Shown here: positions 50,639 to 61,819 of the stretch, piece after piece
Position numbering within the stretch: the first letter of the stretch is position 1
How the letters are laid out: each line of letters begins with the position of its first letter
Assembly (NCBI GenBank): GCA_963786955.1
Contig: CAWBAT010000008.1
Location: forward strand, 570,783 to 634,782
DNA: 64,000 nucleotides
Reading direction: 5' to 3'
From: an uncultured Acidimicrobiia bacterium
GTDB taxonomy: Bacteria > Acidobacteriota > Terriglobia > Versatilivoradales > Versatilivoraceae
Made by a program: the position numbers and the translations under genes
The notes under the pieces: generated by a model
Databases searched by the model: none
Told to the model about the DNA's origin: nothing
The model's input: the letters and a program-made list of their open reading frames with translations, nothing else

Positions 50639-50828
50639 ATCATCGTTGATAGCCGGCAACACGTTTCGTCCGGCTTCAAGTTTGCAGGGGTAACGTGCCT
50701 TTTTAAAAATGCTTGGCCGTATAGGCAGGGAACTCTCTTTATCATAGCTCAAAAGGAGTCGCCAAATCAGCCGCGAAATGCTGTCATGTCGGTCGAGGCG
50801 GTTTTTGAATTAACTCGAGGGAAAATTA

Positions 50829-52901
50829 ATGAGTAAAAATAAAAATGAACCATCCGGGATTCCTCTCCGAACTGGCAGGTACACGAAACGGACCCGTGGG
50901 ATCGGTGGGACGATTGGACGCCGGGAGTTCCTCTCTTCGGCATTGGTGTTGGGAGCAGTTCTCAATCGCGGCCGCAGCGCCCCTGTTTTGGCGTCGGTCG
51001 CTGAAGAAGGGCCACAGCCCCGTATCAATGTGCCCCAGGCCGCAGGGCAGTATTACCCGGCAACCGTTCCCGATACCCTGGATTTGGCCGAACGGGCTCG
51101 CTTAGGAGTCGCTCACTTCCTGAACCTGACAAGCGAGAGCAATGGTTACGAAATGTATTGGGGTGTCAATGCCTTCTATCCCGAGGGAATGAACTCACTT
51201 CTGGGGTATGACCTGCCGCAGCCATGGGGTGGAAATTTCATTGAATACAATCCGCCGGCTATGACGTTCAATCCTACTGTCTTGATGGCATGCCAAGGGA
51301 AGGCCGTGGAAGCCTTGGCGATGCTTCGCCTTATGAGCGGGAGCAGCGAAAGACTTAGCCTCGAAGCCCGCATGCTGCGCATGATGGCTTCGAACATCGG
51401 CGAAGACGGTGTTTTCTATGTGCCCCGGACGGATGGGCACAGGCCCTGGCTTGGGCCGGAAGAATGGCGTCCCTACGCCAACACTCATGGTCAGGCGCGG
51501 ATGATGCGTGCGATGATTGCCTGGTACCAGTACACCGGTAATTCGTATTGGAAGGAACACATTGATCGGTTGGTGGACGGAATCGACCGCAAACTGGCAG
51601 TTCACAAGGCCGATTACGCCTACATCCCGATTTCCGGCTGGCTTCCTCAGGAATATTTTCGCTCTTGTTACTTGAAAGAACGCGGCTGGAAAGGCACCGC
51701 GGAACCTGAGAATGAGAAGGCCGGTGAAGAAGGATCGCTCTTTAACCATCAAGGGCACACTCCTGGCGCGCTCTCGAACTGGTACCTGCTGACCGGCAAC
51801 AAGCAGGCGTTGCGGCTTGCGGGCGAACTCGTCCGCTTCTATACCAAGCCCCAGTTCTGGGCAGACTTTAAAAATGGAGAATATCCCCAAACCGTAGGGA
51901 CTGAGCATGCACACTTTCAGGGGCATTGGCACGGCTATGTCAATACCCTGCGGGCCATCCTCGAATATGCAATGGCTACAAGCGATCCCCGGCTGATGGC
52001 GTTCGTGCGGGACGGATATGAATGGGCCAGGCAGAGCGGGCTCGGCCGCATCGGCATGTTTGCCGATAGCCAGGGTTGCGCGTGCGGCCGAATATTGGGG
52101 TTGGCGGTGAAGCTCACGGACGCAGGAGTGGGCGATTATTGGGAAGACATCGACCAATATATCCGGAACCATGGTACGGAGATGCAATTCACCCCCGCCG
52201 ATGTCGAGCTCCTGCTGGAAGTCGGCAAAGGCAAGCCGGCGCCCCCGAACCACCCATCCATCCGGACCGATCACGTGATCGAAGCAACCATGGGAGGATT
52301 TTCGAGCGCGCGGACACCATTGAAAGTCAATACGGGTTTGTGCTGCTGCACTCACGGCAACATGGGGATGTTCTATGCTTGGGACGGCGCGTTGCGCTAT
52401 TCGAATGGGATTGCACGCGTCAATCTGCTCCTCAACCGGGCTTCGCCATGGGTTGACGTGGATAGCTATCTACCCTATGAAGGGAAGGTAGTGCTCCGCA
52501 ATAAAGCCGCGCGTGAGATCTGGGCCCGTTTACCAATTTGGGTAGAGAGCACGAAGGTGAGTTGTCGTGTCGGCGACAAGACGGTGCGGCCGGATTGGAT
52601 CGGCCGTTATATTCGATTTGAGCAAGTAGGGTCTAATCAAGTAGTGACGATCGAATTCCCGGTTTCAGAGAGGACAGAATCCTGGACCGCTCCGCCCCAA
52701 GGTACACCGCTTCTCGCAGAATTACCTAAATCCGGCCAGCGTTTCGCAATGAAATTTAGAGGCAATACTCTTGTGGAACTGTCGCCCCCACTAGCACCAG
52801 GCTCCTGGCTGTATCAGCAACGGCCCGCGCTCTATAGTGCGAAGCAGGCGCCGATGAAGGAAGTGACGAGATACGTGACTCCGACCCAGCTTCGTTGGTG
52901 A
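50829..52901 (+). CDS. Tat-exported GH127/146-like (alpha/alpha)6 enzyme
   Basis: GRREFL Tat motif; QGCACG and CCCTHGN Cys motifs; VNLLLN...SYLPYEGKV...RLPIW C-terminal pattern. Confidence 0.6.
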   Translation: MSKNKNEPSGIPLRTGRYTKRTRGIGGTIGRREFLSSALVLGAVLNRGRSAPVLASVAEEGPQPRINVPQAAGQYYPATVPDTLDLAERARLGVAHFLNLTSESNGYEMYWGVNAFYPEGMNSLLGYDLPQPWGGNFIEYNPPAMTFNPTVLMACQGKAVEALAMLRLMSGSSERLSLEARMLRMMASNIGEDGVFYVPRTDGHRPWLGPEEWRPYANTHGQARMMRAMIAWYQYTGNSYWKEHIDRLVDGIDRKLAVHKADYAYIPISGWLPQEYFRSCYLKERGWKGTAEPENEKAGEEGSLFNHQGHTPGALSNWYLLTGNKQALRLAGELVRFYTKPQFWADFKNGEYPQTVGTEHAHFQGHWHGYVNTLRAILEYAMATSDPRLMAFVRDGYEWARQSGLGRIGMFADSQGCACGRILGLAVKLTDAGVGDYWEDIDQYIRNHGTEMQFTPADVELLLEVGKGKPAPPNHPSIRTDHVIEATMGGFSSARTPLKVNTGLCCCTHGNMGMFYAWDGALRYSNGIARVNLLLNRASPWVDVDSYLPYEGKVVLRNKAAREIWARLPIWVESTKVSCRVGDKTVRPDWIGRYIRFEQVGSNQVVTIEFPVSERTESWTAPPQGTPLLAELPKSGQRFAMKFRGNTLVELSPPLAPGSWLYQQRPALYSAKQAPMKEVTRYVTPTQLRW

Positions 52902-52976
52902 GGCGTTCGCTGTCTGGACCGTCGAACCATATCCTGCTGCCCAACCGAGAAACCCCAGTGCTAGTTGATCCTCTAC

Positions 52977-53072
52977 TCCCCTCTCGAGGGGAAGAGTTTT
53001 GATTCCCCTCCTCTGGAGAGGGGTGTCGGGGTGGGTTCGTCAGTGAGAAGAGCGGGCAGGATGCCCGCTTTC
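52977..53072. repeat. REP-like hairpins between convergent genes
   Basis: CCCCTCTCGAGGGG, CCCCTCCTCTGGAGAGGGG and AGCGGGCAGGATGCCCGCT. Confidence 0.6.
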
Positions 53073-53081
53073 CAATTGGTA

Positions 53082-54236
53082 TCATGCTTTACTGACTTCC
53101 GCATTCGCACGGGCGAGAAGTGCTTTGGTATAACCAATGCTATATGCCCAGCTGGTTAGCCGTCCCCCTACCATTGTGGGTACATGGTCTGCGATGAGTG
53201 CCCCGCGAAAGTCCACTTCGCACAGAGTCTTCATGATGCGCCACATGTCCATGGTGCCATTGTCGACGAAGGTTTCGACAAAACTGGGAATTGGAGCGCT
53301 CACATTGCGGAAGTGAATCTTCCACAGTTTTCCCATTTTTGCAAAGGCCCGAATGGCTTCAATAACATCTTTACCCATTCCCGGGCCCCCTTCGAGCCAC
53401 GTGCCACAGCAGAGGCAGACGCCAATGTTTGGGCTATTTGCAATTTCCAGAGCCCGAACATATCCTGCGAAGTTTCCAAAGATACATCGCGGAATACCTC
53501 CCAACTCCGGCACGGGAGGATCATCCGGATGAATCCCGATTCGGATGCCAAGTTCCTCCGCCAGGGGCGTCACTTGCCGGATGAAATAGGTGTAATTTTC
53601 CCAAAGCTCCTCCGGGGAATACTTCCGACCGTGCGTGAGCGGTCCCTCGAAAACTTTGCCGGCCCAATGTCCCTTAGCGGTCTTAAGGTCGAAGGCTCGA
53701 GCCGGAGCACCTCCTCTGGTCGCCTCTGGTTCAGAGCTCCAAATCCCATTTCCCATATGGGCATAGGTTGTGTAAAGGACTCCGACCTCGGCTAGGTTTC
53801 GCAAATACTGTTTGTATTCCTCTATTTTCTGATCTCGGCCCGGGAGGTTCAGGGTAACTTCCGGCATGTTGTGGACGTTTGTGTTCCCGATATTCCATAC
53901 TTTGAGGCCTGCATCATCGACTCTCTTTTTCCAACGCCGAAAATTTTCCAGCGTGGCTTGACTACCACCGGACGGAACGCTGACGTACTCGACACCAAGC
54001 TGACGGGCAAATTGGAGATCTTCGCCACCAGGATCTATAGGAACCTGCAAAGAGATCTTTACTCCTGGAGTCAGTTCCTGAAGCGGATGACGGACCTGCT
54101 GCTGAGCCGGGGACGCAATCGCGGTCTTTGCGAGTACTCCGGTTAAAGCGATCTTGGAGAAAGTCCTTCGAGTCATCCGATGACCCGAGGCTTCTTCGTT
54201 CACCCCTTTTGCAATCAATGCCCAGCTGTTATCCAT
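53082..54236 (-). CDS. Mannonate dehydratase (UxuA-like) with Tat signal
   Basis: AAGGAGGA RBS; TRRTFSK; LWENYTYF; IHPDDPP; IHFRNV; ETFVDNG; DHVP. Confidence 0.8.
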   Translation of the reverse strand: MDNSWALIAKGVNEEASGHRMTRRTFSKIALTGVLAKTAIASPAQQQVRHPLQELTPGVKISLQVPIDPGGEDLQFARQLGVEYVSVPSGGSQATLENFRRWKKRVDDAGLKVWNIGNTNVHNMPEVTLNLPGRDQKIEEYKQYLRNLAEVGVLYTTYAHMGNGIWSSEPEATRGGAPARAFDLKTAKGHWAGKVFEGPLTHGRKYSPEELWENYTYFIRQVTPLAEELGIRIGIHPDDPPVPELGGIPRCIFGNFAGYVRALEIANSPNIGVCLCCGTWLEGGPGMGKDVIEAIRAFAKMGKLWKIHFRNVSAPIPSFVETFVDNGTMDMWRIMKTLCEVDFRGALIADHVPTMVGGRLTSWAYSIGYTKALLARANAEVSKA

Positions 54237-54552
54237 TCTGTCCTCCTTCGTGCGTTTATCAAACGTGTGTCGGAGTGCCCGCATCACCTAGCGACACTCA
54301 CACAACCTCGGAATTCTGGTAAATGGGAAGCCAGCGGACCGAAGGGTGGACCGGGCTTCTTCATGGTCAAAATGAAAGGGATCAAGGCCAAGAAGATTAT
54401 TGCCAGCAGTCGGAAAATGTCAGAAAGTGAGCATCGTGTCCATCCAAAAAAGAAATGTCCGCTTCTTACCAAATTAGAAATGCCCGGTTTGTAGCTATCA
54501 GGTATCATTATGACCTAGTGATCGAAAACGGGATAGGAGAAACTGAAAACCA

Positions 54553-55321
54553 ATGAGAAACAACTGGGTTCTGGAACGAGTGCACTCCGGCAAGCCAACC
54601 ATCGGCTGTTTCATGGGGCTCGGCAGCCCAAACGTGGCTGAACTCTTGGCCCACGCAGGGTTTGATTGGCTAGTGATCGAAACCGAACACAACGGTTTGG
54701 ATTCGGCTGAAATTGAACACATGTTGATGGCTGTCAACGCAACGAAGACAATTCCTCTGGTGAGAATTCCTTCCGCCCAACAAACCTTTATTCAACGAGC
54801 CTAGATCTTGGCGCCATGGGAATCGTTGTCCCGATGGTGAAGACCGCAAAAGAGGCCCGACAAATTGTCGCTGCGACGCGCTATCCCCCCAAGGGACCCG
54901 AAGTTTTGGCGGGTTGCGGGCGTCTCACTATACATTTGACAATGAGGATTATTTCAATCGTGCCAATAATGAAACACTGGTGATGCTGATCCTCGAAACC
55001 AAAGAAGGAGTGGACAATCTCGAAGAAATTATCTCTGTCCCAGGGGTGGACGTCATTTTTCTGGGCACGATGGACTTGTGCTTGGCTTTGGGGCTCAATC
55101 CTCTGCGTCAGCCCTATCCTGAGATTCAGAAGATTCTCGAACGTGCCTTAGCCTTGGGGGGACAAAAAGGGGTTAGTATCGGGATCGGGGCGAACAGCCC
55201 TGAGCAGATACGGGAACGCCAGGCCGAAGGTTTTCATTTTTTAGTCTATTCCGGTGATTACCAGATGCTTGCAGGCGCGGCTCGGGCAGGACTGGCAGCC
55301 TTCCAGCGTGGTCCGGAATGA
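54553..55321 (+). CDS. HpcH/HpaI class II aldolase (two frameshifts near 54800 and 54900)
   Basis: GFDWLVIETEH, LVRIP, LDLGAMGIVVPMV, ILETKEG and GVDVIFLG.MDL motifs across frames. Confidence 0.85.
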
Positions 55322-55364
55322 GAAAGCCAAAGCTCGGGTAGCCTTCACCCTATCTTATAGTTGT

Positions 55365-55627
55365 GGTAGCCACAATTAACGCTTCTTTTGCGGTAATCGT
55401 GGGCTGTTCAAAACCCCACGGTCAGGAAAAGCGCTGACCGTGGCTACCCAAGCTTTGTAGTTCGTCGTGGGTTTGTCCCAACGGTGCAGAAAACCCCACG
55501 GTCAAGAAAAGCATTGACCGTGGCTACCCATGAAACATTGGAGTAGTCACGATTAGCGGGTATTTTACGAGAATTGTGGGTAGGTCGAGAACCCACGGTC
55601 AGGAAAAGCGCTGACCGTGGCTACCCA
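55365..55627. repeat. BIME/REPIN-like array
   Basis: Three 36-bp copies of CCCACGGTCAGGAAAAGCGCTGACCGTGGCTACCCA (55415, 55495, 55592), each preceded by a decayed inverted GTAG...GTGGG partner. Confidence 0.85.
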
Positions 55628-55684
55628 AACAATGTGGACAAGATTTTCATTTAACGTTAGAGAAAAGGTAAGTAAAAATACTCG

Positions 55685-56560
55685 ATGCCTATGAAAACCC
55701 AGACCAATCAGCTCCTTGGTTACCCACCCCAAGCCCGATTGCTGATTATCAATGCCGATGATTTTGGTATGTGTCACTCCATTCATGAAGCGACGATACG
55801 TTCGTTCCGGGAGGGATTGACGAGTTCTTGTACCCTCATGATCCCTTGCCCCTGGAGTTTGCATGCCATGCACTTTCTTCGAGAAAATCCCGATATCCCT
55901 TTTGGGGTTCACCTCACGGCAATCTGCGAAAACCCCACCTATCGTTGGAAACCGATCTCTTCGCTGGAGAAGGTCCCTTCGTTAGTGGGAGAAGGAGGTT
56001 ACTTTCATGACCTTAAATCCATCGATGAATTCGTCCGCCAAGTTGACTTGGACGAAATCGAAACAGAGTTTCGAGCGCAGATCGACGTTGTGCTGGCCGC
56101 GGGGTTGAAACCCACTCATCTGGACAGCCACTGCCATGTGCACACGCGGCGAGAGGCCATCTTCGAAAGAGTCCTCAAAATGGCCCTTCATTATGGATTA
56201 GCCGTGAGGGCGCATACCGAACCCGTTATTGAGAAATTGTGGCGGGAAGGATTGCCCTGCAACGATCACGATGTCTTGGACAGCTATCATATCGACAGTC
56301 CTCATTTTGCAAAGGGGGACAAGCTCTATTGTTTTCAGCAGCTCTTGCGCGAGCTCCCACCTGGACTGAGTGAGTGGGCGATACATCCCGGAATAGAATG
56401 TGCAGAGTTAAAGGCGATGGAAGCGAGCTGGGCGGTCCGAAAGGCGGATTTTGATTTCCTGGTTTCTCCAGAGGCCAGGAAGATCACGCGAGAAGAAGGA
56501 GTCGTCATTCTCAATTACCGGCCCTTGCAGAAGCTCTGGCAATCGCAGGGAAAGTCTTGA
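55685..56560 (+). CDS. YdjC/ChbG family carbohydrate deacetylase
   Basis: LIINADDFG, GVHL, PTHLDSHCH and HPG motifs. Confidence 0.9.
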   Translation: MPMKTQTNQLLGYPPQARLLIINADDFGMCHSIHEATIRSFREGLTSSCTLMIPCPWSLHAMHFLRENPDIPFGVHLTAICENPTYRWKPISSLEKVPSLVGEGGYFHDLKSIDEFVRQVDLDEIETEFRAQIDVVLAAGLKPTHLDSHCHVHTRREAIFERVLKMALHYGLAVRAHTEPVIEKLWREGLPCNDHDVLDSYHIDSPHFAKGDKLYCFQQLLRELPPGLSEWAIHPGIECAELKAMEASWAVRKADFDFLVSPEARKITREEGVVILNYRPLQKLWQSQGKS

Positions 56561-56681
56561 CAATCCGATCTCAAAAGGAGAGATCGTCCACCGGCTCCCA
56601 CCTTAAATATTGTTAATAAAGACGGCGGGCGCCCTATCGCAATCAGCCCGGCAATTATTGCCTGCCAGAGTCCTGGCGTTG

Positions 56682-57168
56682 TCACTCGGTTAGACGAATA
56701 CCGGTGGCGAGATCATAATTAACGGCCGCCTGTATTTTGTTCTCGATCTGGTAATAACGTGCGACCTTAATCTCAGACAGCACTTGTCTGAATTTGGGTA
56801 GATAAGACTGGCGAATCTTCAAACGGTCTGCATCGATTGCCAGGGAGTCGTCTACTAATTTCTTGGCCTCGTCATTCGTCATGTTGGCGTAATGACTTGC
56901 ATAATCCCTGATCGAGATTGGCCAAGCGATCGTTAACTGCGCCCATGTCTTTTTGATAGTTCTCATATACCGGCCAGAAGGCTTTTGACTCCGAGTCGGT
57001 CAACTTCATGTGCTCGGTGACGAACAGCTTTTTGTCCGCCTGCAATTTCTCGCGAGCGGCCTGCATATTGTCAGCGGCTTTTTCCTGCGCGAGTCCATAA
57101 ATGCCAATTACCAGCATCCCGAACGTCATCCATACCATTGTGACAAGTTTCATATGATTTAGTTTCAA
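56682..57168 (-). CDS. Periplasmic helical hypothetical protein (one frameshift near 56920)
   Basis: AAGGAG RBS with TTG start; signal peptide; LT..E...FWPVY..YQ; KVARYYQIENKI. Confidence 0.75.
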
Positions 57169-57253
57169 TCTTTTCTCCTTTCGATAATTCCTTAAGAAGG
57201 TTTTTAGGATCCAATGCGACGACTCAAAGCAGCCGCATATCAGACCCTAAACT

Positions 57254-57834
57254 TCACCGGGCGTAGATGGGTTCGTTTCCTTTCTTCCACTTGATGTTGC
57301 ATCCCAAGCTTGCTTTTTGATCTGCTGAGAGGGGCGCTTTTCTCCAGCACGGCATCGATAGCGGCTCGGAGGCTATGTCCATTGATGGGCTGGTCATTTC
57401 CGGGGCGGCTATCATCCAGTTGACCACGGTAGACAAGTTTGCGTTCATTGTCGAACAAGAAGAAATCTGGAGTACAGGCTGCCGTGTAGGCTTTAGCGAC
57501 CTCCTGGGTCTCATCAAAACAAAAAGGAAACATAAAACCCAGTCGTTCGGCCATATTCTTTAACCGATCCGGGGCGTCTTCAGGCTGGACGGCGGGATCG
57601 TTAGAGCTGACGGCCACGATGCCCAAACTTTTTTCCCGATAATCTGACCAAGGCGAGCTAGTTCAGCCTGTACATGTTTAACGTAGGGACAGTGACTGCA
57701 AATGAACATCACAGCAGCGCCTCTTTATTTGAAAACTTTGAGGGTGATGGTCTGGTGGCACTGGTCACATCGGTTAGAGAGAAATATGGTGCTTGTGTTC
57801 CCAACGGCAACATTGTTGATGCGGTTAAAACCAT
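57254..57834 (-). CDS. Thioredoxin-like AhpC/TSA family protein (frameshifted)
   Basis: STMLPLGTQAP, MFICSHCPYVKH, AACTPDFF, YRGQLDDSRP and GCNIKW motifs. Confidence 0.88.
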
Positions 57835-58231
57835 GACGTGACTCCTGATAAAGATATCAACCGCTGGATGTAAATTATAGAAGAGCCCAGGTCCGATGCA
57901 AAAGCCAAAGAATCAGCGTCGGCGCTGGCCCGATTACTCTTGAGCGAAAGGTTAATGTGGCTTTACGGTATGGTCATACGGACTGAACGGGAGCAGGGGA
58001 CAGTTCGGAGCATTCGGTATCGTCCGATCCACGCCGCACGGCCTCTTTCTTTTTATTCGAATCCTTATACAATTGTGTCGGACTCTCGGCTATGTCGCTG
58101 AGGATCAAGCCGAAACTCCTTCGGAGCGAATCCGGGAATGAGCCATTCTTCATTGCCATTGGCAATGCTCTCGCCGATCAAGTCTGTATTCAGTATATTG
58201 ACCATCCTTAGTTCCCCCGCAGGAGAGTGTT

Positions 58232-60410
58232 ATGACCAGGCCTTTTCCCTTATTAGGGTTGATTGTATCACTAGGAGATGTTTCTTGGTTCCGGCTCAGT
58301 CTGGGCACAAAGAGTCACACTCTCACTCGATGGTGTCTGGAAGGTAGAAGACAGTATCAGTCCGGAAGCGATGCCGAGCGAATATTGCCCACACCGTTCC
58401 GGTACCCGGGTTGACTCACTCTGCGACTCCGTCATTTCCAGACGCGGATCGTTTTGAAACCCGGCAGTCAATTCGTAGCCAGATCGATTTTGGCCGTATC
58501 CCCAAGGCCACGCCTATCCCAGAATCGATGTCTCCCGCCAGCAGCGCAATTACTTTTGGTATTCAAGGAAGTTTCGTACTCCTATCCAAAAACACGTTGC
58601 CATCCTGAAAGTGGGAAGGCGCAATTTGGAACAGCCGTGTGGCTGAACGGCCGGAAGATCGGCGAACACATGGGTTGTTTCACAGCCGGATTCTTTGACC
58701 TCACACGAGCCATCCAATGGAGTGGTGAAAACGTTCTTGTCATCCGCATCGGTGCTCACCCTGGTGTGGTCCCCAGGGAGGTTCCCACCGGTACAGACTA
58801 CGAGAAATACCTGTGGACGCCGGGAATTTATGACAGCGTTACCCTGGCACTTTCAGGCGATCCGGTGATCGAGACGGTGCAGATTGGGCCGCGCCTCCAG
58901 ACTTCGTCGATTGTGGTTGAGACGGTGTTGCGGAACTACAGCAAGGAACCGGCGGAAGCGATGCTGACTCACAAGATCACAAACTGGAAAGGGGGTGCAA
59001 GAGAGTGGGGCTTCACCCGGCCAGAAAGTGGCCCTGAGACCTGGTGAAGTGAAGACACTCCGTGACACGATCCATATTCCGAATGCCCACCTCTGGTCTC
59101 CCGAGAATCCATTCCTTTACGTGCTGGCCACGAACATCGGTAGCGACAGCATGAAGACGCGGTTTGGCATGCGCGAGTTCCGCTTCGACACGGCTACCAA
59201 ACGAGCGTATCTCAACGATAAGATTTATTTCTTGCGGGGTTCCAATATCACGTTGCACCGATTCTTCGAAGATCCGAAGTGCGGCACACTCCCTTGGCAG
59301 GATCCCTGGGTGTGGAAGATGCTTGTTGAAATCCCGAAGAAGATGCATTGGAACAGCTTCCGTTTCTGCATCGGGCCAGTACCGGAGAAATGGTTTGACA
59401 TAGCCGATGAGGCCGGTTTCTTGATCGAGAACGAGTATTCCATCTGGACGGGCCGAGGAGACTGGCACCCGGAGTGGACCAAGGAGAGCCTTATCCGGGA
59501 ATACAGCGAGTTCATGCGTGACCACTGGAACCATCCCAGTATGGCACTTTGGGATGCGGCCAACGAAACCATTGCCCCGGTTCTCGGCGCCGAGGTCATT
59601 CCGGTCATCCGAAAACTCGATCTATCCGGCCGTCCTTGGGAAAACGGCTACAACGTTCCATCTGGTCCGGATGATCCTGTGGAGGATCACCCCTACCAGT
59701 TCCTCTTTGCGAACTTCCGGATGACATCGCTCGAAAGTATGACCGGCGCAAAGAGCGACAATTCCGGGCACCCGACGGGCCACGCTGCGATCATCAATGA
59801 ATATGATTCGCTGTTCTTGAACCGGGATGGCACGGCATGCCAGTTGTCAGAAAAAATTTATCAGAATCTGCTGGGAGCCGATGCCACATCGGAACAGAGG
59901 TTCGCCCTCTCCGCGTATCTTCTGGGTGGGTTGACGGAGTTCTGGCGGGCACACCGGAACTTTGCCGGCGTGTTCCACTTTGTCTATCTCACATACAACA
60001 AGCCTGAAGGATACACCTCAGACCATTGGCGTGACGTCGAAAAGCTGGAGCTGGATCCCTATTTTGCCGACTATGTTTCCGAGGCTTTCAAGCCCTTGGG
60101 CGTCTATGTCAATTTTTGGCAATCTACTTTGAACGCGGGAGCGAGCATAGCTATGCCGTAATGCTGGTCAATGATTACGATAAACCAGTAAAGGGTAAGC
60201 TGGAACTCAGCTTTGAAAGTGCGAGTGGACAAAGGTGCGTCGACCCAAGAAATGCTGTTCGAGCTAAACCCGCTCGGCCAGATGACTTATGTTCTCCCAC
60301 TGACCTCACCCAAGATCAAAGGCGATTACCTTTTGAAAGCTATGGCAAATCCAGTGAATGGTCCGGTAAGCGAGCTAACGGTTAGCCGTCGCAAAGTGAA
60401 AGTGGAATAA
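58232..60410 (+). CDS. GH2-like glycoside hydrolase (several frameshifts)
   Basis: LSLDGVW, VWLNG, HLWSPENPFLY, RFGMREF, DIADEAG, NHPS...WDAANE and IINEY motifs. Confidence 0.82.
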
Positions 60411-60519
60411 ACACGAAATGAGCCAATCCGACGGCAAAATGAGGAATGGAACAGTAGATTACTTTGTCGTGGCAAGGAGCAGGCCCCCAATTCAGAAGAC
60501 GAGATGACTCCCGTAGGGA

Positions 60520-60547
60520 TTGACAGCGGCTCAGAAATTGCCATAAT
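60520..60547 (+). promoter_or_regulatory. Sigma70 promoter with extended -10
   Basis: TTGACA-N16-CATAAT with TG immediately upstream of the -10 (TGC-CATAAT). Confidence 0.6.
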
Positions 60548-60550
60548 CAT

Positions 60551-60750
60551 TGGAAACGGAGAGCGTCTCATGAAGGGGAAAATTTGATTTACCATCCTGA
60601 CAGATATGTTCATCGTGGTCGGGACGAGAGCTCCGACACTACCAGACCAGGGAGACAAGGCGGTGGGTCCATTTTCGTTTAACCTTGGAGTTCAAGACCA
60701 TAATGGCGCTTCGACTGCGCCAGGTCGATGTGTTTAAGAGTCCGTTTCAA
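60551..60750 (+). ncRNA. Structured RNA, 6S-like candidate
   Basis: Nested pairings GAAACGGA/TCCGTTTC, CGTGGTCGGG/TTCGACTGCG, GAGCTCC/GGAGTTC and GACACTACC/GGTGGGTC; contains TAACCTTGGAGTTCAAG, reminiscent of the 6S 3' bubble strand. Confidence 0.5.
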
Positions 60751-60788
60751 CTGTTATTGTTTTTCTATCTCATCGCTGGAGATCCAAA

Positions 60789-61741
60789 ATGAAGAAAATC
60801 TTATTAACGATTGCGTGGATATTGTTGAGTATCAGTCTGGTTCAAGCCGCCTCTGATAAGAAAAGAGTGGCGGTCATGAATTTTGATTTTGGGACGATTC
60901 AGAACTGGTGGGGCGGGAATTGGGACATCGGAAAGGGCATTGCCGATTTGCTCGTCGACAAACTGGTCAACGAGGGGACCTACAGCGTGATTGAGAGGAA
61001 ACAATTGGATACGGTGCTGGCCGAGCAAAATTTCTCGAACAGCGATCGAGCCGATGCGAATAGCGCTTCCAAGATCGGCAAGGTTCTTGGGGTGAACGTC
61101 ATCATTGTCGGCAGCATTACCCAGTTTGGGACGGAGAAGAAGGGTGTGAATGTTGGCGGTCTCGCGGGAAATTGGGGAGGGTTCGGGGCCGGCAAAGTCG
61201 GAACTCAAAAGGGGATTGCCGTCGTGGCGATAACCGCGCGGTTAATTGATGTCAACACCGCTGAAATTCTCGCTTCGGTGACTGGCAAAGGCCAATCCTC
61301 CCGAAGTGGAGTGCTCCTCGGAGGCATGGGCGCCGGAAGTGGGGGTTATGGAGGAGGAGATTTTAGCATGGGCAGTAGCAATTATCGTGAAACCATCCTC
61401 GGGGAGGCCACTTATGCCTCGGTAGATCAGGTGGCTCAGGGGCTCATTGGGGCCAGCGGGAAGGTTCCTACGACTACAGTCGAGATTCAGGGATGATCGC
61501 CGACGTATCTGGAACCACCGTCATCCTGAATGTCGGAAAGTCTCAAGGCGTCCAGGTCGGAAGTGTACTCAAAGTCCAGCGAGTAACGCGAGTCGTTAAA
61601 GATCCGGCCACGGGTAAAGTCATCAAGGAAGTAACGGATGAGGTAGGCCAGATCAAAATTGACGAAGCAGATGCCAGTTCCTCCACCGGCAAGATCACGG
61701 CTGGGACAGATATCAAGGTGGGGGACCTGGTCCGGAATTAA
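60789..61741 (+). CDS. CsgG/HfaB family protein with FlgT-C-like domain (frameshift near 61493)
   Basis: VAVMNFD, VIERKQLD.VLAEQ, IGKVLGV..IIVGSIT and ARLIDV.T.EI motifs; C-terminal LNVG...GV.VG...DP.TG. Confidence 0.85.
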
Positions 61742-61819
61742 TAAACTCTGCAATCCTTAACAATCCGGCGGAGATCGGCGTTGTCATTGATGCATTAAGC
61801 TCATGCGCTTCACCTTGAC

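Noticed and set aside
51195-52355. Long antisense ORFs (also 23320-24096, 46342-47166, 17289-17933)
   Set aside because: Shadow frames opposite well-supported genes in moderately GC-rich DNA.
55415-55627. CRISPR array (three 36-bp palindromic repeats)
   Set aside because: Spacers are unequal (44 and 61 bp) and contain decayed inverted repeat copies; the repeat has a GTAG REP foot; no cas genes or leader.
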